Source: Octopus bimaculoides (taxonomy: Eukaryota). From it: a stretch of DNA of 64,000 bases. Positions 62,722 to 64,000 of this stretch are shown piece by piece; within the stretch, counting starts at the first letter, position 1; the number at the start of each line of letters is the position of its first letter. The stretch spans positions 29,734,800-29,798,799 of the forward strand of contig NC_068984.1 in assembly GCF_001194135.2 (NCBI RefSeq). Direction: 5' to 3'. Made by a program: the position numbers and the translations under genes. A model generated the notes under the pieces. It was not told the DNA's origin and searched no databases. It saw nothing but the letters and a program-made list of their open reading frames with translations.

Positions 62722-63600
62722 TATTTATTTTTCATTTTATCTCAGGTTTGGTTAGAATTCCTGAAGTCTTGCATGCGTAGCAGGCTTTCTGCCTGCAGCC
62801 TACTCTACCATACTATCTCTCCTTTAATATTATCTAAAACTTTCCTGATTGTTCTGATCGTGCCAAGTAGGCAATCCTTTTGTAACAGTTCTACTGGTTA
62901 CTCTATTCTGATTTCCTTTATATTCTTCTTGATGCCTTCTGATACTGTTACCAAGGATCCGACAATAATTGGCACCATCTTCACGTTCTTCATTTTCCAC
63001 AGCCAGACTATTTCGTACTTAAAGAGTTTTATTTATCTAGTTTTTCGCTTTCCTTCTTGATTCTCTGTGGGTCAAAGGGGCAGTCACCATCAACTACATA
63101 GCATATGTGGGGCACCTTGTGTACCGCCAGTAGATCCTGTCTGTTATGCTTTAGTACCTGATCTGTTTGGATTGGCAAATCCCAGAGGATTTTGCTAGTC
63201 TCCGACACTGCTCCTATCTGTGACTTGTTCTCATACCACGTCTTGCCTCTCTCTGGCCCCCGCTTCCACACAGTTTCGCCACAACTTGTGGTTTTGAGCA
63301 TGTCTATCGAATTTGTTCGTGCTATGGGCAATGGTTTCATCAATCCTATTATAGATGCGGCACAGTGTAGACACTTGCTCATTCCCAAGGTTGACCCTCT
63401 AATTTGTGGCCAAAGCTTGATCTTGCACTACCAGTATAGTACTCTCAATCTCTTTTTTCAGTGTTCCTTTCCAGCAACTTCAGTTGAGGCAATATGAAAT
63501 TGATTGTAAAACTTCTTCATGTCCTTCTTGTACTTCTTTTGTTTTTCCCTTTTCTTCTCTGCTTTCAATACTCCCTCATTCCAAACAGACACTAGCAAGG
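62722..63600 (-). mobile_element. R4/Dong-clade LINE 3' fragment (family V)
   Basis: KGTLKKEIESTILVVQDQALATN...WYENKSQIGAVSETSKILWDLPIQTDQVLKHNRQDL...KKESEKLDK/...VKMVPIIVGSLV...LLQKDCLLGTIRTIRKVL. The 3' UTR hairpin is gcaggc-agaaa-gcctgc (62780-62796). Confidence 0.85.
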
Positions 63601-63609
63601 TTTATAACT

Positions 63610-64000
63610 GTTATTATTATTATCATTATCATCATCATCATCATTATTATTATTATTATTCAGTAGTTTTATTTTTATAACGTACTTTCACTTCACTACC
63701 GAGCGCAGCTCTGTGCGCCTTGGGTATGTGCTGTGGTTTGCTGTGGTGCTCTTATGTTTACTGTATTGAAAGTGTTTTGCGTAGAATGTGTGCAGTACCC
63801 AGTAGTGCAATTTTCTGTATGTTATATATATTTGTAAGTCCTGGTGTTTTTGTTATGTATTTGTCTGAATATTTTTTTATTATACCTAAGGCACCTACTA
63901 TGATAGGAATTGTTTCTGTTTTTAGATTCCACATTCGAGTTATCTCTATTTCCAGGTCTTTGTATTTTGAAAGTTTTTCCATTTCTTTTAGAGAAACGTT
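63610..64000 (-). mobile_element. R4/Dong family X 3' end with (AAT/GAT)n tail, continues beyond the window
   Basis: ORF 63758-63982: EKLSKYKDLEIEITRMWNLKTETIPIIVGALGIIKKYSDKYITKTPG...IQKIALLGTAHILRKTLSIQ*, intact over this stretch. Confidence 0.93.

Overview
AT-rich eukaryotic draft-assembly DNA with about 4.7 kb in 12 N-gaps, most of them next to (TA)n. The window is almost entirely repeats. The SINE families and microsatellite load suggest an octopus genome; this is inferred from remembered repeat consensus sequences, not from a search. No intact protein-coding gene, tRNA, rRNA or CRISPR array is supported, and most ORF-track entries are microsatellite or N translations. Recognisable content: (i) nine fragments of R4/Dong-clade non-LTR retrotransposons from several subfamilies, most with (TAA)n on the sense strand and often stacked in the same orientation; (ii) two clear Penelope-like elements, one with ~500-bp inverted terminal repeats carrying hammerhead-like cores; (iii) a 258-bp element with 46-bp inverted repeats around a hammerhead ribozyme core; (iv) HERO, CR1/L2 and Ty3/Gypsy fragments; (v) a mariner MITE, a Sola2-like MITE and a fold-back element; (vi) more than 20 tRNA-derived SINE copies, including a recurring dimer. 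Two weak exon candidates cannot be assigned to a gene. Boundaries are approximate unless terminal repeats are quoted.
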